Below, in pieces: positions 12,201 through 24,927 of a DNA stretch of 64,000 nt. This DNA is from Massalongia carnosa (taxonomy: Eukaryota), in the NCBI GenBank assembly GCA_965645245.1, contig OZ287087.1, positions 1,488,001-1,552,000 of the forward strand. Reading direction: 5' to 3'. The notes below the pieces were generated by a model, which saw nothing but the letters and a program-made list of their open reading frames with translations, ran no database searches and was not told the origin of the DNA. How positions within the stretch are numbered: the first letter of the stretch is position 1; every line of letters begins with the position of its first letter. Both the position numbers and the translations under genes were made by a program.

Positions 12201-14278
12201 GAGTGACTCCGATGAAGTGGAGGACATTCCTCGCCAGCCCATCGAACCTCGAAGATCTGGACGAATAAGGGTCCCCAGTCAAAGAGCACTGGAGAACATT
12301 CGTCCCAGCATCAACACCGTATTCAGTTCAAACCAGGTCCCGAAATCCCATGAGCACATGGTGCGGGTGCTAGCAACCCTGGCAGGAGGCGAGGACAATG
12401 AGGGCCTCGATGATCCTTTGACACTGAAAGAGGCTATGTCCTCACCCCACTGGGATCAATGGAGAAAGGCCATGGAGACCGAGTATCAATCGCTAGTGGA
12501 GAATGAAACTTGGACACTAGAAAGGGCACCGACTGATCGAAAGGTGATCACCGGTCGCTGGGTGTTCAAAGTAAAGAAAGACAGAGATGGTAAAGTACTG
12601 AAGTACAAAGCGAGATGGGTAGTTCGTGGCTATAAACAAAAGGAAGGCCTGGACTACCTCGACACCTTTGCAACAGTGGTAAAACCAGTCTCTTATAAGG
12701 CATTGATGGGAATCAATGTAAAGAAGGGACTGTCCATTCATCACATGGATGTGGTCACTGCTTTCCTGTATGGCTTCCTAGATGAAGCCATATATGTCAT
12801 ACAACCCACCTTGTTCGAAAAAGGGGAGAACAAGGTCTGCTTACTACGAAAGGCCCTATATGGCCTAAAACAATCCTCTCGTGTATGGTACCAGACCCTG
12901 CAGGATTTTCTGCAAAAGATAGGGTTTAAACGAACATATTCTGATCATGGAGTCTTTTTATCGGACGATATCTTTATAGCGATTTACGTTGACGACCTTC
13001 TCATCTTCGGAAAAGACACTTCAAAATTGCAGCAATTGCAACACGAATTGAAGTCCCGTTTCCGCATGACGGACTTGGGAGAAGTCTCCCATTATCTGGG
13101 AATCGAAGTCGATGTCAACATCGAAAAATCGGTTATAACTCTTCGACAAACAACCTACCTGAAGAAGGTGCTGCAGCGATTTAATATGGTCGACTGCAGG
13201 CCCATTTCCACCCCCATGGACCCCGGTGCCGGAAACATACTCATGCCGTCGGATGACCAGGCCGACAAGGAAACAATTACCTGGTACCAGTCGGTGGTAG
13301 GCTCGCTCATGTGGCCAGCCATGCATACACGCCCCGACATCGCTTATGCAGTGGGAGTACTGAGTCGATATTGTTCGAACCCAGGCCCATTACACTGCAA
13401 ATATCTTCAGCGCATTAAGCGCTATATATCCAGTACCCTAAATACAGGCCTCGTGTTTAGAAAAGACACCGAGGATGACATTGTGGGATACTCGGACTCC
13501 GATTATGCTGGAACGAAAGATGGGAGAAAATCGACCGGGGCCTATACGTTTTTGTTAGCAGGCGCCCCAATTTCTCACTGTTCCAAGCTACAACCTACCG
13601 TCGCCCTATCCACCTGCGAGGCCGAATATATGGCCCTGACGGAAGCAGCTAAAGAGGCCATTTGGTGCGCGCGATTTCTGGCCGAGTTAGGATATCGGAA
13701 GGACACCCCTGTCCTACTTCGAGGGGACAATCAAGGGTCAATTGCATTGGCTGAAAACCCCGAATTCCACCGTCGAACCAAGCACATCGAAATCAAATGG
13801 CATTGGATACGGGAGGTGGTTGAATTGGGGAAGGTAAAATTTAAATTTATCTCGACCAAAGAGATGGTGGCAGACGGGTTTACGAAGCCCCTGGCCGCTA
13901 AACCCTTTGAGGACTTTAAGACGATGCTTGGCATGGACTAAGCCCAAAGAGGAAATAAATTCCCGAATAGCCTCAAAAGATGGCTGAATGAGAGTGTTAA
14001 ATGGTGAGGCTACCATCGGTTAGATGGTTAGGCTACCATCAATATAGGCATCCATCGTGAGTCCCACGGATGCCTGCCAGGCATCTATAAGAGGTGCCTA
14101 ACAGGCAGCTATAGAGGTGCCTAACAGGCAGTTATGGAGGTGCCTAACAGGCAGCTATGGGAGGCCTACAGCATTACTGTTATGTGACTGCTATAAAAGC
14201 AGGTAGATAGCCCACATAGATAATTACCTTCAATGACAATCATGCTACTATACCTACAAAGTGAATTTATATTTCATA
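9236..14278 (+). mobile_element. Ty1/Copia LTR retrotransposon (Copia-1), without matching TSD
   Basis: LTRs 9236-9473 and 13995-14278; PBS ggttatgagccc directly after the 5' LTR; PR-IN-RT-RH order; flanks gcagg / gaatg do not match. Confidence 0.95.
9673..13941 (+). pseudogene. Copia-1 gag-pol, two frameshifts (~11650, ~12030)
   Basis: Zn knuckle CRKCSKIGHLERVC, protease LIDSGATAH, WHERLGH, integrase HSDLGGP/RADGGGEY/QNGKAER, RT YVDDLL, RNase H YSDSDYAG. Confidence 0.9.
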
Positions 14279-15279
14279 GAATGAAGTCTCTATTGAATTA
14301 AAATCGGGTGAATACGGGGGCAAATGAACCAGCAAAACATTTGCATCCTGACACATGATCCTCAATTCCTCACTCCAATGTATAGAGGCATTATCCATAA
14401 TCAAAACCGAACGAGGACCATTACCTCCAGCGCAGTATGGTAGAAACTTAAGCCTGACGAATTCATTCAGAATATCTGATGTTATAGAGCCATGATGCAC
14501 CTCCCAAGCTATGAAACCGTCGATGGTGAACGCTGGTAATATAATCCATCTCTTAGAACGTCTGAGCGCTTGAATCATGGTCGGTTTGATTCCTGGTGCG
14601 GCCCATCCATATCGACGATCACCTAAAGTAATAACAATTAGCAAAGAAACTGAAGTTCTTCAAATAGTACGGACTAGTATGCTCGCATGCAGCGCTTTCG
14701 TCCAGAAAAATCAACTGATCAGCCTTCCATCCTCCCATTCTAATCATCCACTCATCACGCAAAGATTGGTTGCGTTGTTGTGCTATACGAATGGCCATCT
14801 TTCGATTCCAGGCCATCTGCTTCAGAGTTCGAGAAACCGTAGACTCGCTCACCAAGACGTCGAATTCATCATACAAAAATCAGCACATCTCGTCTAAATA
14901 ATAGGTAGGTCTCTTATCCAGATACACGAGTAGTTGATCGATTTGTTGTTAATTCAATTTCTTGCGCCGGCCAGCAGCAAGCTGAGGTTTTGCAACCTCA
15001 TTGAACCGTTCGCAATTACGTCTCATCTTACGTAGTTGTCTGCTGCTGACACCAGTAGCAGTTATAATCGTGTTATCATCTTCACCCGATTCCAGTCTGA
15101 ACTTTATAGCCTGGCGTTTGATGATGCTGAATGATCGTCTCATGTTTGCTTTTGAAACTACGAGGTAGCAAGAATAAAGATCTACATGAAAACACTACAT
15201 ATCATTTATCCTACAGACTGCAAAAGGCAGTGTGAAGCCAAATTCTGGTGTGTGGTCCAATTCTGTCGCTTACACCCGT
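14279..15279 (-). mobile_element. Tc1/mariner-like DNA transposon remnant, 3' end lost at the Copia LTR
   Basis: Broken transposase with FLDESA, IMDNASIH, LPPYSPDFNSIE; TIR-like end ...tgtcgcttacacccgt at ~15279. Confidence 0.8.
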
Positions 15280-15660
15280 TTGCAAAATGGTGTGCCGAAC
15301 TTTGAACCCCGAAACTGCGCGGTAAAAAAATAATAATATGTACTCTACCCTCAGTCAGCCCTTTTTCTCGACATTTTTTCTTTCTTTTTCGTTTTGGATC
15401 GAAACCGGTTCAGCTGCAACTCATGGGGCCGAGGAGGCCGTTTTCTTAATAGATAGATGGTTGCATCTGCGAATACATACCTCGCGTGAAACCCTGATCG
15501 GACGTGCATACATAGATATGTATCTGATGCTCCTTTTCCCACCGACTGAAGCTCTTCAACTCTCCCAGCCCCCCTCCTCAAGTTCCAATCCTCCCCCCCA
15601 GGATCCCAAATCCTCCAAACCCTCACACATCCCTTCCCACCCCTTCCCGAAGTCCGCAAC

Positions 15661-16054
15661 CTACCCCCCTTTCCCTTCCCACCCGGTCGTCTCCACCAAA
15701 ACCCCCTCCGCGCACCTTTTTATTACCGCTCGTCAGCCATCTCCCCTTCCCCCCCAAAAAAGAAACACGCAAAGAAAGAAAAAGAAGACCACCTCCCCCA
15801 TACCGGCGAAACAACATCACAATCGGCTCGCACCTAATTCTCGACGGGCCTGCCGCCACCCCTTCCCCCTTATCAAGCCCGCCTCCTCTCCCCTTTCCCC
15901 ATAAATCATAGCAAAGATGGCCCCACCGCTCGAATCGTTCCCCACCTCGCAGCTCGAACACCGAGTCCAAACACGGCCGACGGGCGGTTGCGGAAAGGCC
16001 CCCCGATTCGGTTGGCGGAGTGCGCGCTGATGGAACTGTGCAGTATGCGTGGGG
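15661..16054 (-). pseudogene. SOM1: SOM1-like (mitochondrial inner membrane peptidase subunit) gene disrupted by inversion of its 5' half
   Basis: Minus strand: IRCEPIVMLFRR, intron, CAEGVLVETTGWEGKGG* (stop 15661-15663). Plus strand from ATG 15917: MAPPLESFP...DGRLRKGPPIRLAECALMEL-QYA with two 1-nt slips. Matches the recalled Som1 pattern MAPP...C.L.EL.QY.C...C.P..RLFRRC...VETT.WE. Confidence 0.6.
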
Positions 16055-16154
16055 TCTTTCTTTCCTTCGTTCCGAACGGCCTAGTTACGCTGGAAGAGAC
16101 GCTGTGTCTGGGAATATGATATTTGACAGTGAGATTTAGTGGTTTTGGGGGTTT

Positions 16155-16178
16155 GAGAGAGAGAGAGAGAGAGAGAGA
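16155..16178. repeat. (GA)n microsatellite in the SOM1/XRCC2 divergent promoter
   Basis: About 12 GA units. Confidence 0.9.
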
Positions 16179-16273
16179 AAGGGAAAAAGAGGGAGAGGGG
16201 GGTCCGGCAGACGATTGTTGTGATACCTACTAGGCTGATTTATTTTTAAAGAAAATATTAAAAAAGAAAACCA

Positions 16274-17562
16274 ATGAGCGCGGAAACGCTGGGAGGGAGT
16301 CTCCTGGCAGAGGTACGGGAGGAGGGCTTGGACGAGGTATGTTTTCCCTATACGGGATATTCTCCCCTCTCCCTCTCAAGTATGATTTTTTTTTATAACC
16401 TCAGTCGTCCTTGACCCAACATACATACACAAAAGCTAACCTGGCCCCTTCCCCTCACATGACACAGCTCCTCCACTCCCTGCGAACCCCCCCCCCCCCC
16501 GCCATCCTCCACCCACCCCCAACCGCTGTCCCGCAGCTCGATCGGCTCCTGCAGATATTCCAAACAGGACAACATCAACAGTCTCACACTCGCAGGACGG
16601 TTCCTAATTCACATCAACAGCAGCAGTATGATTGCATCAGGGAATTCCCGCTTCCGGTGCTGGAGCTTACGGGCACCTCCGCCTGCGCGGGAAAGACGCA
16701 GCTGCTCTATCAGATCATCGCTCTGGCGCTCCCCCCCGCTACTATCACCACCACGATGACCGCCACAATTCCCCTGCACGGGAAATCCGCCGCCGTCATT
16801 CTCCTCGACCTGTCGAACAAGATATCGATCCTGCGCCTTCGGGATGTAATGGCCGCTCACATCGCCTCCTGCCTTGTGCTGATCGCATCACCAACTCTCT
16901 CGCAACCCGAACTTGCAGCTCTAACCCGCGACTCGCTGCTCCATTTGCACGTCTTCCATCCTCAGACCTCGGCCTCACTCCTCGCTACTCTGGCATCCCT
17001 GCCTAATTACTTCCTTATCCAACCCTTTGCTCACTTCTCCGCCGGTCGCCCCGTTGGCGCCATCATACTCTCCAACCTTACGGCTTTCTACTGGCAAGAC
17101 CGTCTCCAGGATACAGAAATCCCCGGACAATCCTCCGAGTCGCTCCCTGCCGGTACGAAACCCTCCATTCAAACCTACCGCGCCTTAATTTCCGCCCTTC
17201 GCTTCCTCCAACATACCTTTTCCTGCCCTGTCATAGCCACCACATCATCATTTGCTACCCGCTTCTCTATCGAGAATCACCACGCGCTGCGACCAAGTAC
17301 GCCTGCAACTTGGAATTCTTTCGTCACTATGCAGCTAGTTATAGAGCGAGTCTTTGTGCCAAATTTTCCTCTCGGAATCAGCGCACAGGAGGCTGAGATG
17401 GAACGGGTAGTGAGGCAGGGGGTGGTGGAGAGGGGAGAGCGGAGAGGATGGGTTCGCAATGCTCCGGCTCGATTCATCCCTGTCTCGATAACTAACAGGA
17501 GACTAATTAAAGCCTCTGAAGTGGGGAGGGAGTGTATGGTTGGTATTGTTCTTGGGATATGA
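16274..17562 (+). CDS. XRCC2-like Rad51 paralog, C-terminus possibly aberrant
   Basis: Exon 1 16274-16336 MSAETLGGSLLAEVREEGLDE, intron 16337-16467, exon 2 with PQLDRLL, Walker A-like ELTGTSACAGKTQLLY, LHLHVFHPQT, LTAFYWQDR, PVIATT. Confidence 0.75.
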
Positions 17563-17791
17563 AAGCCCGGTCGATGGGCTCGAAATTCAGGCTTTACAAC
17601 AGTGCCTCGAAGATTGTTCCTGATACAATTTGTAAACTCGTAAAGTGAGCGCGAAAAACATCGCCAATAAGACGCAAGACTTTGGATATCTCATTGACCC
17701 TTTGTATCTACCCTTTACACAATGCAAGCACAGCATAACTATACAAGTCATCGACAAGAATTAAAGAATTTGGTCACAAGTTATTAGAAAT

Positions 17792-20399
17792 TCACCCATC
17801 TATTCCCATCCCTCTTGCAATGGCATACCCCACACCACCTTTCTCGTTTCGATTCCCACCCCCATGTATCTCGGCAGGCTCATCCAGCCTGCTGATGAGG
17901 TTGAACATCCCGCCAGAATGTGTAATGCCAGAGTGACAGGTCCCCGACCAGCAAGTAATCATTCGCTCACGGAAAAAACATTGAGTGGTGGGTGCTTCTT
18001 TTGAATCGTGATTGCATCGCCCAATGGAGCAGCCATGACCGTGGTTGTTGCATGCATGTGAGATTGTCCTCGATTGCCCTTTGACAGTCTCGAGATAGGA
18101 GAAATCGAGCTGTAGGCCGGTGAACTCATTCGTGAACTGGTTGGTCGTGCCGAGTAGTGCAGATGCGTTGTATTCAGCTGAGCTGGATTTTGGAGGCGGG
18201 ACAGATGCTCCTGTGCTTTTCGAGGCGTATCCCGTGGATCCAGCTACGCACAGCTTTGGGTTGCTCCAGATTGCGTTCGCCGCGTACGTCCACAAACTGG
18301 TGTAGTGGCTCCATGTGTCGGCAGTGTAGAAGATTCGGCAGTCCGCCGCCTCGTACAAGAACTGCAGGGGAACATTCTGATCTTCCCTGATCTGGTCGCG
18401 TATATTGATTCCAATGAAAGTGAGGAAGACATCTTCGCGGTCTGGTAAGTAGTCTTGCGTTGTCGCGTTAAAGTACTTGGCCACGAGAATATCATCGTCA
18501 ATGTTTTCCGAACTGTAAACTTGGGCTCCTCGACTGCCGCTGGCGGCTTGCATCGGACCATTCTGAGGAAGTCCGCCGACTACGACAGTTCGTATGCCGG
18601 CATCGTGGTGCATCATCTCCACGAAAACGGCGCAGGCTGATGAGCAGAGACCGTCTGTGAGGATAATGATGTTTTCCGGATCGTAGAGTTGTGGAAGAGC
18701 CGCTGGCTCAGCCGCGCCATAAATGTCGATGCCCAGGGCATTTTCATCGAAAATGGCACTGGAGATATTATCACGTTGGACGGTTGTGAACAAGTCGCCG
18801 TTGTATTGATGAGGGCCGAAGAATTCGCCCCAAGACGTGAAGTTCTGATTTGTCGCAGCGTTGAGGCGATCTGTTGCAACCCAGCCGCTTGCTGCCACCG
18901 CATCGTAGACTGAGCTATTCGGTGACCGGTTGGTTGCGAAATAAGTGGTGAAGGTGTTGCCCAGCACATCCGCTGTTGGGTGGGCACGGAGTCTACTTCC
19001 GCGGAATGTGTCATTTGAAGGGAAGAAGTGTTTGAAGGTATCCACGGCTAATAGCGTATCGCCACCAAAGTTCTGTTGCAGGTCGATGAGGACGTGTTTG
19101 AATCCAGCTGCATGGCTGGTGTTGAGAAAATCGCGGACGGTATCCGCGAAAGTTTTGGTATCGTTGCCGTACATCTGGAAGGTTGGAATACTGAGTACAG
19201 CGGTCGAGATGTTTTTGAGGAAATAGCCGGTAAGAAAACCTCCACCGTACGAATACAGGTTGGGTTGATAGATGTCTGCGGTGGTGGGATAAGCTGAGTC
19301 TGGCCATGAGGTAGCAGTAGTGGCGGCATTGCTTGAGCTCGTATTGGTTGCAGCCGTAGAATTATCGGAGGTGGTAGTGGCAGCACATGGATCCGGAGCG
19401 TTGGGGTCAAACAATGCAGGATGGAATCCTAGAACAAAAAAATTATAGAAATCTCCCCCGGTGGCAAGCGGTCCAGTGGGACCGGGACGGTTGTAGATCG
19501 CAAGCCATGGCTTAGGATCACGCTGAGTATCATTCTCAAATGCAAGGGTTATAGTTTCTCCTGGGTAAAACTCAATGTAAGACTCAAAAATGCTGTAATC
19601 ATCTTGTATATTGGCGGCATAACTCGACATCAGATCGTTCCAGTCGGCGTGAGGCTCCAGGTTGCCGATGGAGTTGGCTGCTGCAAATTGCGAAAGGAAG
19701 TCCGTAACATCTTGACCGTTGATCGTTTTTATAGCTGATGGAGTCAAGGAAGAATCCACTTGCGAGAGCCAAATATCCTCTTTACTGTGTTAGCATTGCG
19801 TACATGGCAAGTCGACGAGGACAACAGTACCCGTCACGTACACCTTTGGAACCTTGATGCCATCTTCCGACAAGGAAACGATGGAATACGGGCTCGCAAA
19901 GGTGAAAGCTGCAAGAATGCCCCAGTCGAGCTGTAGATGTGCATCGTGGGCTGAGTAGGCTAAATTTTGCAAGGTGGCCTCGAAAGCATATTGGTTGGGG
20001 AAGGCACCCTGATCGATGTCTCGTTGAATCTGCTCAAGGCCCCCTATAACGTCGATAGCCGGCTGTTGATAGCCTGATGGTGGATTTTTCAAGTAGGACA
20101 AGGTAGTCTGAAACTGAAGAGTGTCATTGTAGTACTTGATGAATCGGGTCGCGACAGCCGGGTTGAAGGGTACGCTGATGAGGCAATCGTGAGCTTGTTT
20201 GGCGGTGAAGGTAGCATCTGTAATTGCATGAGCGATGATCACGGGTGGCGGGACGATACGTACTGCAAGAGTTCACGATATCACCACAGGCAGTCGACTG
20301 GGCTGCTGGAGCACTGGCAGTAGCGGAGGCAACCGGGTCTACTGGAGCTGCGAAACTCAAGGTCAAGAAAAGAGCTTGTAAAGCAAGCGTGAGGCGCAT
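17792..20399 (-). CDS. Secreted fungal peptidase S41 (CPAF/tail-specific protease-like), 3 exons
   Basis: Signal peptide MRLTLALQALFLTLSFA; FQTTLSYLKNPP, AHDAHL, LIDLQQNFGG, catalytic-region TDGLCSSAC, VVVGGLPQNGPMQ, PLQFLYEAADCRIFYT. Confidence 0.88.
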
Positions 20400-20464
20400 G
20401 ATAACGAGGGCACAGAAGCGACAGTGGAAGAAGACACTTTCAAATCGATCAAACTACCGATTGG

Positions 20465-20620
20465 TGAAGAAAGAAGGGCGAAGAAAGAAGGGCGAAGAAA
20501 GAAGGGCGAAGAAAGAATGGCGAAGAAAGAAGGGCGAAGAAAGAAGGGCGAAGAAAGGGTGAAGAAAGAAGGGTGAAGAAAGAAGGGCGAAGAAAGAAAG
20601 AAGGGTGAAGAAAGAAGGGG
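20465..20620. repeat. Purine-rich 14-bp minisatellite (aagaaagaagggcg), ~10-11 copies, upstream of the S41 gene
   Basis: Directly visible tandem array. Confidence 0.9.
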
Positions 20621-20768
20621 ACATCCGAAGGTTCTTATTCTTTTATCATGAATAGCTCAATGACTCAGACAATTTGAGCTCATCTCAACAAGCGCCCGTG
20701 GCGCATAACATTGCATGTCATGAAACGATTTGGGCAGAGGAATTAAGGGGGAGATGACGGGTCTAATG

Positions 20769-21667
20769 CTATGTATCCCTTGAGCTTTGACGCTGCGGAA
20801 GGTCAACTCGAAACATTCGAGTCTTGAACTTTTCGTAAGCATGAAAATCCTGTCTTAAACTCGATTGACTGATATTATCGGCCAGAGAAAAAGTCTCCAT
20901 GCTCATCAGAGCATTGAATGCTTGAAGTGATTCATCTAACATCGATCAGTTGGCTGTCAAGGTGACATCGAAGATGCCCTCACCGTACTCCTTGATCAAC
21001 ATTTGAAGGCGCAAGACGGAATCTTCGTTCACTACTTCCTCTACCTTAATTCGTTTATAATCTTTCTCAGCGTGCTTCAAACCAAGCCTATCCAAGGTAT
21101 GTTCGCGGCCGAGTGACTGATCGAGCTGCATGTCAAATGGTAAGGCTACTATCGGTTAGATGGTCAGACTACCACTAGTATAGGCATCCATCGTGAGCCT
21201 CGGGAGGTGCCTTGCAAAGTGCCTAAAAAAAAGCAGATATGGGAGTCAAGGTCTGACCGTCAGGGGACAAGGTCTGACCGTCAGGGGGACAAGGTCTGAC
21301 CGTTTAGGCTCATAGATGTGACTGTTTTGTGACTGGTATATAAAGCAGACAAATAGCCCGCATAGTTAATCACCTTCAATGACAATCATGCTACTATACC
21401 TACAAAGTGAATTTATTTTTCATACTGCAGACTAGCCTGATATACATCATGATCAATTGTTTCGATCTCTGCTTCGAGCAATCGAAGGTTCAGCAGATGA
21501 GTCGTTCGGTATCTCCGAAATCCAAACAAGGTATGATGATTATCTGAAGTGATTTCGTGCCATATTTTACTGAAGAGCTCGTGGTAGCAATGATTTGGAT
21601 GATCTGCTGCGTGCTCTTTGCTCTCGTTTAGTGTAATAGAGCCACTACTGCCCTGTTCTTGTGCCAT
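20769..21667 (-). pseudogene. DUF6594-like gene interrupted by a solo LTR and truncated
   Basis: FGFRRYRTTHLLNLRLLEAEI motif; frame rejoins across the LTR (YQASLQ|LDQSLG); intron ~20936-20983, then ESLQAFNALMSMETFSL...; premature stop ~20769. Confidence 0.6.
21131..21424 (+). mobile_element. Solo LTR related to Copia-1
   Basis: Clear similarity to 9236-9473; TSD ctgca at 21126-21130 and 21425-21429; ends TG...TA. Confidence 0.9.
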
Positions 21668-21696
21668 TGAGCCTTCGGCACGTCATTTGTTTATAT

Positions 21697-21776
21697 CCAT
21701 TAACTATCACCTCCATTAACTATCACCTCCATTAACTATCACCTCCATTAACTATCACCTCCATTAACTGTCACCT
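21697..21776. repeat. 16-bp tandem repeat ccattaactatcacct x5
   Basis: Directly visible, just upstream of the DUF6594-like start codon. Confidence 0.9.
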
Positions 21777-23011
21777 CAACTTCTCCGCTTATCAATGCGG
21801 CTTCAGGTCCCTAGTTATTTTCAGCTCTGATAGCCATCCGTGACGCACAAGACCCACGCTGTATGTGGCACACATGAGGCGTAAATGAGACCCAGATGGA
21901 GGAAGGTCTTCGTTGATGTCATCGAGTGTTTGATTTGATTCGAATTCTGTCGACGACTCCAAATAGCGCTGGTGCAATGGTGAAGCGGTCAGTACTTGTT
22001 CTCCTTGAGGGCCCCAAGGCAAATGTTCAGGATCATAGCCTTACCTCTTCGATCTACGTTGTAGCGTTGGAACAAGCCTCACGTATATGTCTCAGAATAT
22101 TGCGTCTCGGATTTCTTTATATAAGGCAATTGGGCAGACCTGCAGCAAGCTGCAGCCTGCAAAGCATACGAGTACAAGGCTGTGAAAGGCTGCGGGAAAG
22201 CAGAAAAGCATTTCGAAGAGTCGGTGAGAGACTGAGAGGGCACCCAATCGCGTAACGGGCTCATCGTCATTTCCGACGCCTCTCTCTCAAACCGGGCGTG
22301 CCGGCAGATCGGCGGTACAGTCGAACCCCGCCATAACGATGGTGGCGTTTTACCAAAATAATTTCGTTATAGCGGGTTTTTCGTTATATCGGGGGAGATA
22401 GGGAAAATCATGGTAAATTTACTACTTTGCCCCCCTGTAAACCCCCAATTCCCCCCATGTCCCCAGCAACTACTCAAGTGCTTAATGTAGATTGTTTTTG
22501 ACTGCTTTGCCGTCTTTCAAACAGCCCCTGTTCATGCCTTCGTAATTGACGAAGCATGCCCATATCGCCCTTCAACTGCTGTTCTTCATGCAGTCTCAGG
22601 ATCCTACAAGCCTCCTGTGCTTGACAGACCGTTATAACAGGTGTAACTTCCACCTCTTCATCCGTCTCAGCGAGCCTTTCCTGCTCCGCATATCGTGAAA
22701 CGATATCATTCATAATACAGTGAACCCTGGCTATAACGAATCGATGATTCCATGAAAAAAATTCGTTATAACCAGTTTTCGTTATAACCTTAATTTCTAC
22801 GAAAACATCTCATTTTCTACCTAAAATAGCTGGTAATGGTCATCTGCTTTCTAGTATTGATTTCCCCATTTAGCATAACCTGCTCCGAAGCATTCAAACG
22901 TTGAATCAGATCGATGTCGCCATCTTCCTGTTGCTCATGAAATGTACGTAGTATTCTCAAAGCTTGAATAGCTTCAGAGTATTTCACTGTAGGTTTGACG
23001 ATCTCATCTTC

Positions 23012-23501
23012 TGTCATGGAATTACCTCGCACCCTCCCACGTTTCCTGATCTGGTTAGTATTTAACAGGCTCTCTTGCCGTGAAACCTGCCCTGCATGTT
23101 GAATAGAACCGTGGCCCGTTATTCCGAACTATCCTGAAACCTCGCCCCATGTGTTCAGACGTTCTTCCGCTGCCTTCAGTGCACTCCCAAACTCCTATAT
23201 CCCGAATCCAATCTCAACGTCTCCACTATCCAAGCCTACGACTGGGATTGCCCAGCAGAGAGAGATTGCTTCGGCATGGAGAAAGGCGGAACAGGTCAAA
23301 GCGATCATGGTTAGGAAATTAGAACAGGAACAGAGATGAGGGCAAGTCAAGAATAGGGGAATTGGAAGCCATGGCTATAAAACCTATGTGGTTTCTCAGG
23401 TGTTTGGAGCTCTTCGTCGGACGTCTTGTATACTATCCCTAGACCTAGCTTTCTAAATAGTAACTCTTGTATATCTCCCTATCTGGACCTTGTCCGTGAC
23501 A
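23012..23501. mobile_element. Solo LTR (same family as 56778-57265)
   Basis: tgtca...tgaca ends, TSD tcttc; near-identical copy at 56778. Confidence 0.92.
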
Positions 23502-24927
23502 TCTTCATCCGATTCTTCAATTTGACCCTCGGCGTATGCATCCACAATAGTATCAAGAATGTCATCATCATCCTCAATGATTTCTTCCGCGGGATTGAGA
23601 CATCGTTCAATACTTATGACGTCTTGAATGCGATCATTCTTCTTCAACTGCTGCAATGTAGTGTTCATCTCTTTTACTAGTTGATTGTAGTCTTCCGTCT
23701 CTTGATCAACTGCCTTCGACCAACCCTTTTCTTTCGTCCAGCCCATTTTCTTCGCTTGCAATTGCGTAGTAGGTCCGAAATTTGCTGAGAATACCAAAGA
23801 CTTAATCCAGCAGTTGACGATAGTAGCGGGTTTGACGTCATACTCCCAAGCAGTCATTGACTAACGAATAGCTTGCAAATATGCATGTTCTTAAAAGGAT
23901 CTTTGTCCGCATCATACTGATCACATAAAAAGGCTAGCTATTTTCGCTTGTAGTGAGCCTTAAACGTCTTGATGATGCCTTGATCCAATGGTTGACAGAT
24001 GCTTGTAGCATTGGCAGGAAGAAATATCACTTTAACGTTTGATTCAGGATTTGATTCTGAATACTGACGATAGCCAGCAACATGAGCTGAAAATCCATCG
24101 ACTAGCAAGACTACTTTGCGATTTGTTTGACGACTAAACCATTGCAAATACTCTTGAAATAATACTCCCGTCATCCATGCCTTTCTATTGCTTCGCCATA
24201 GCATATTCAGGTTGCTAACGTTGATCCCCTCACGCGTAAAACAGCGAGGTGTTTTTGCCGTACCAATGAACAAAAGTGGAAGTTTATGAGTGCCCGTTGC
24301 ATTAACGCAAAAATTAACGGTTATTCTAGCTTTCTCAAGCTTCAATCCAGCAGATGAAGCTGTAGCCAACGTTCCATTCGGATTCATCTTCCAATACAAG
24401 GCAGCCTCATCCATGTTGTATACATCGTCTTGATCGTACGGAGCCAACTTAATTCTCAAGTCCCTCAATTCTTCTTTCACTGTCTCCTTGTCAACTGATG
24501 CCGCTTCTCCATGTCGAATACGAAAGGAGATGGAATGACGAGCTTTAAAAGCATCTAGCCAACCGTTAGAAAACTTGGGCATTTCTTCATGAGAGTATTG
24601 AGGAAGTCTTATCCAGATTTTCTTTGCCATCTCCTTCAATAACTCTCCCGTCACAGTCGCCTGCTTTGTCTGCATTCGTTGTTGCCATTCGAAAAGAGCC
24701 GCTTCAAGATCCGGCCAAAAAGAAGCTTTCAATCTTTTGATATCAGGTTGATTCCGAAGGTGTATGACCGAATTCAGCTTCAAACCAGACTTGAAGAGCT
24801 TTGCCGAAAGGTCTTTTAACGAAATTATTCTGAATATACTGACGAAGCGCGTGTTTTTCTGCATCTGTGATAGGTCGACGACGTTTTTTGGAGGAAGAAT
24901 TCATGATGAGTTGTTGGTTATTAAAAG

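Noticed and set aside
15338..15904. 188-aa Pro/Ser-rich ORF
   Set aside because: Antisense to the G-rich SOM1-like exons and intron; low complexity.
20245..20562. Lys/Arg-rich ORF
   Set aside because: Translation of the 14-bp minisatellite, antisense to the S41 first exon.
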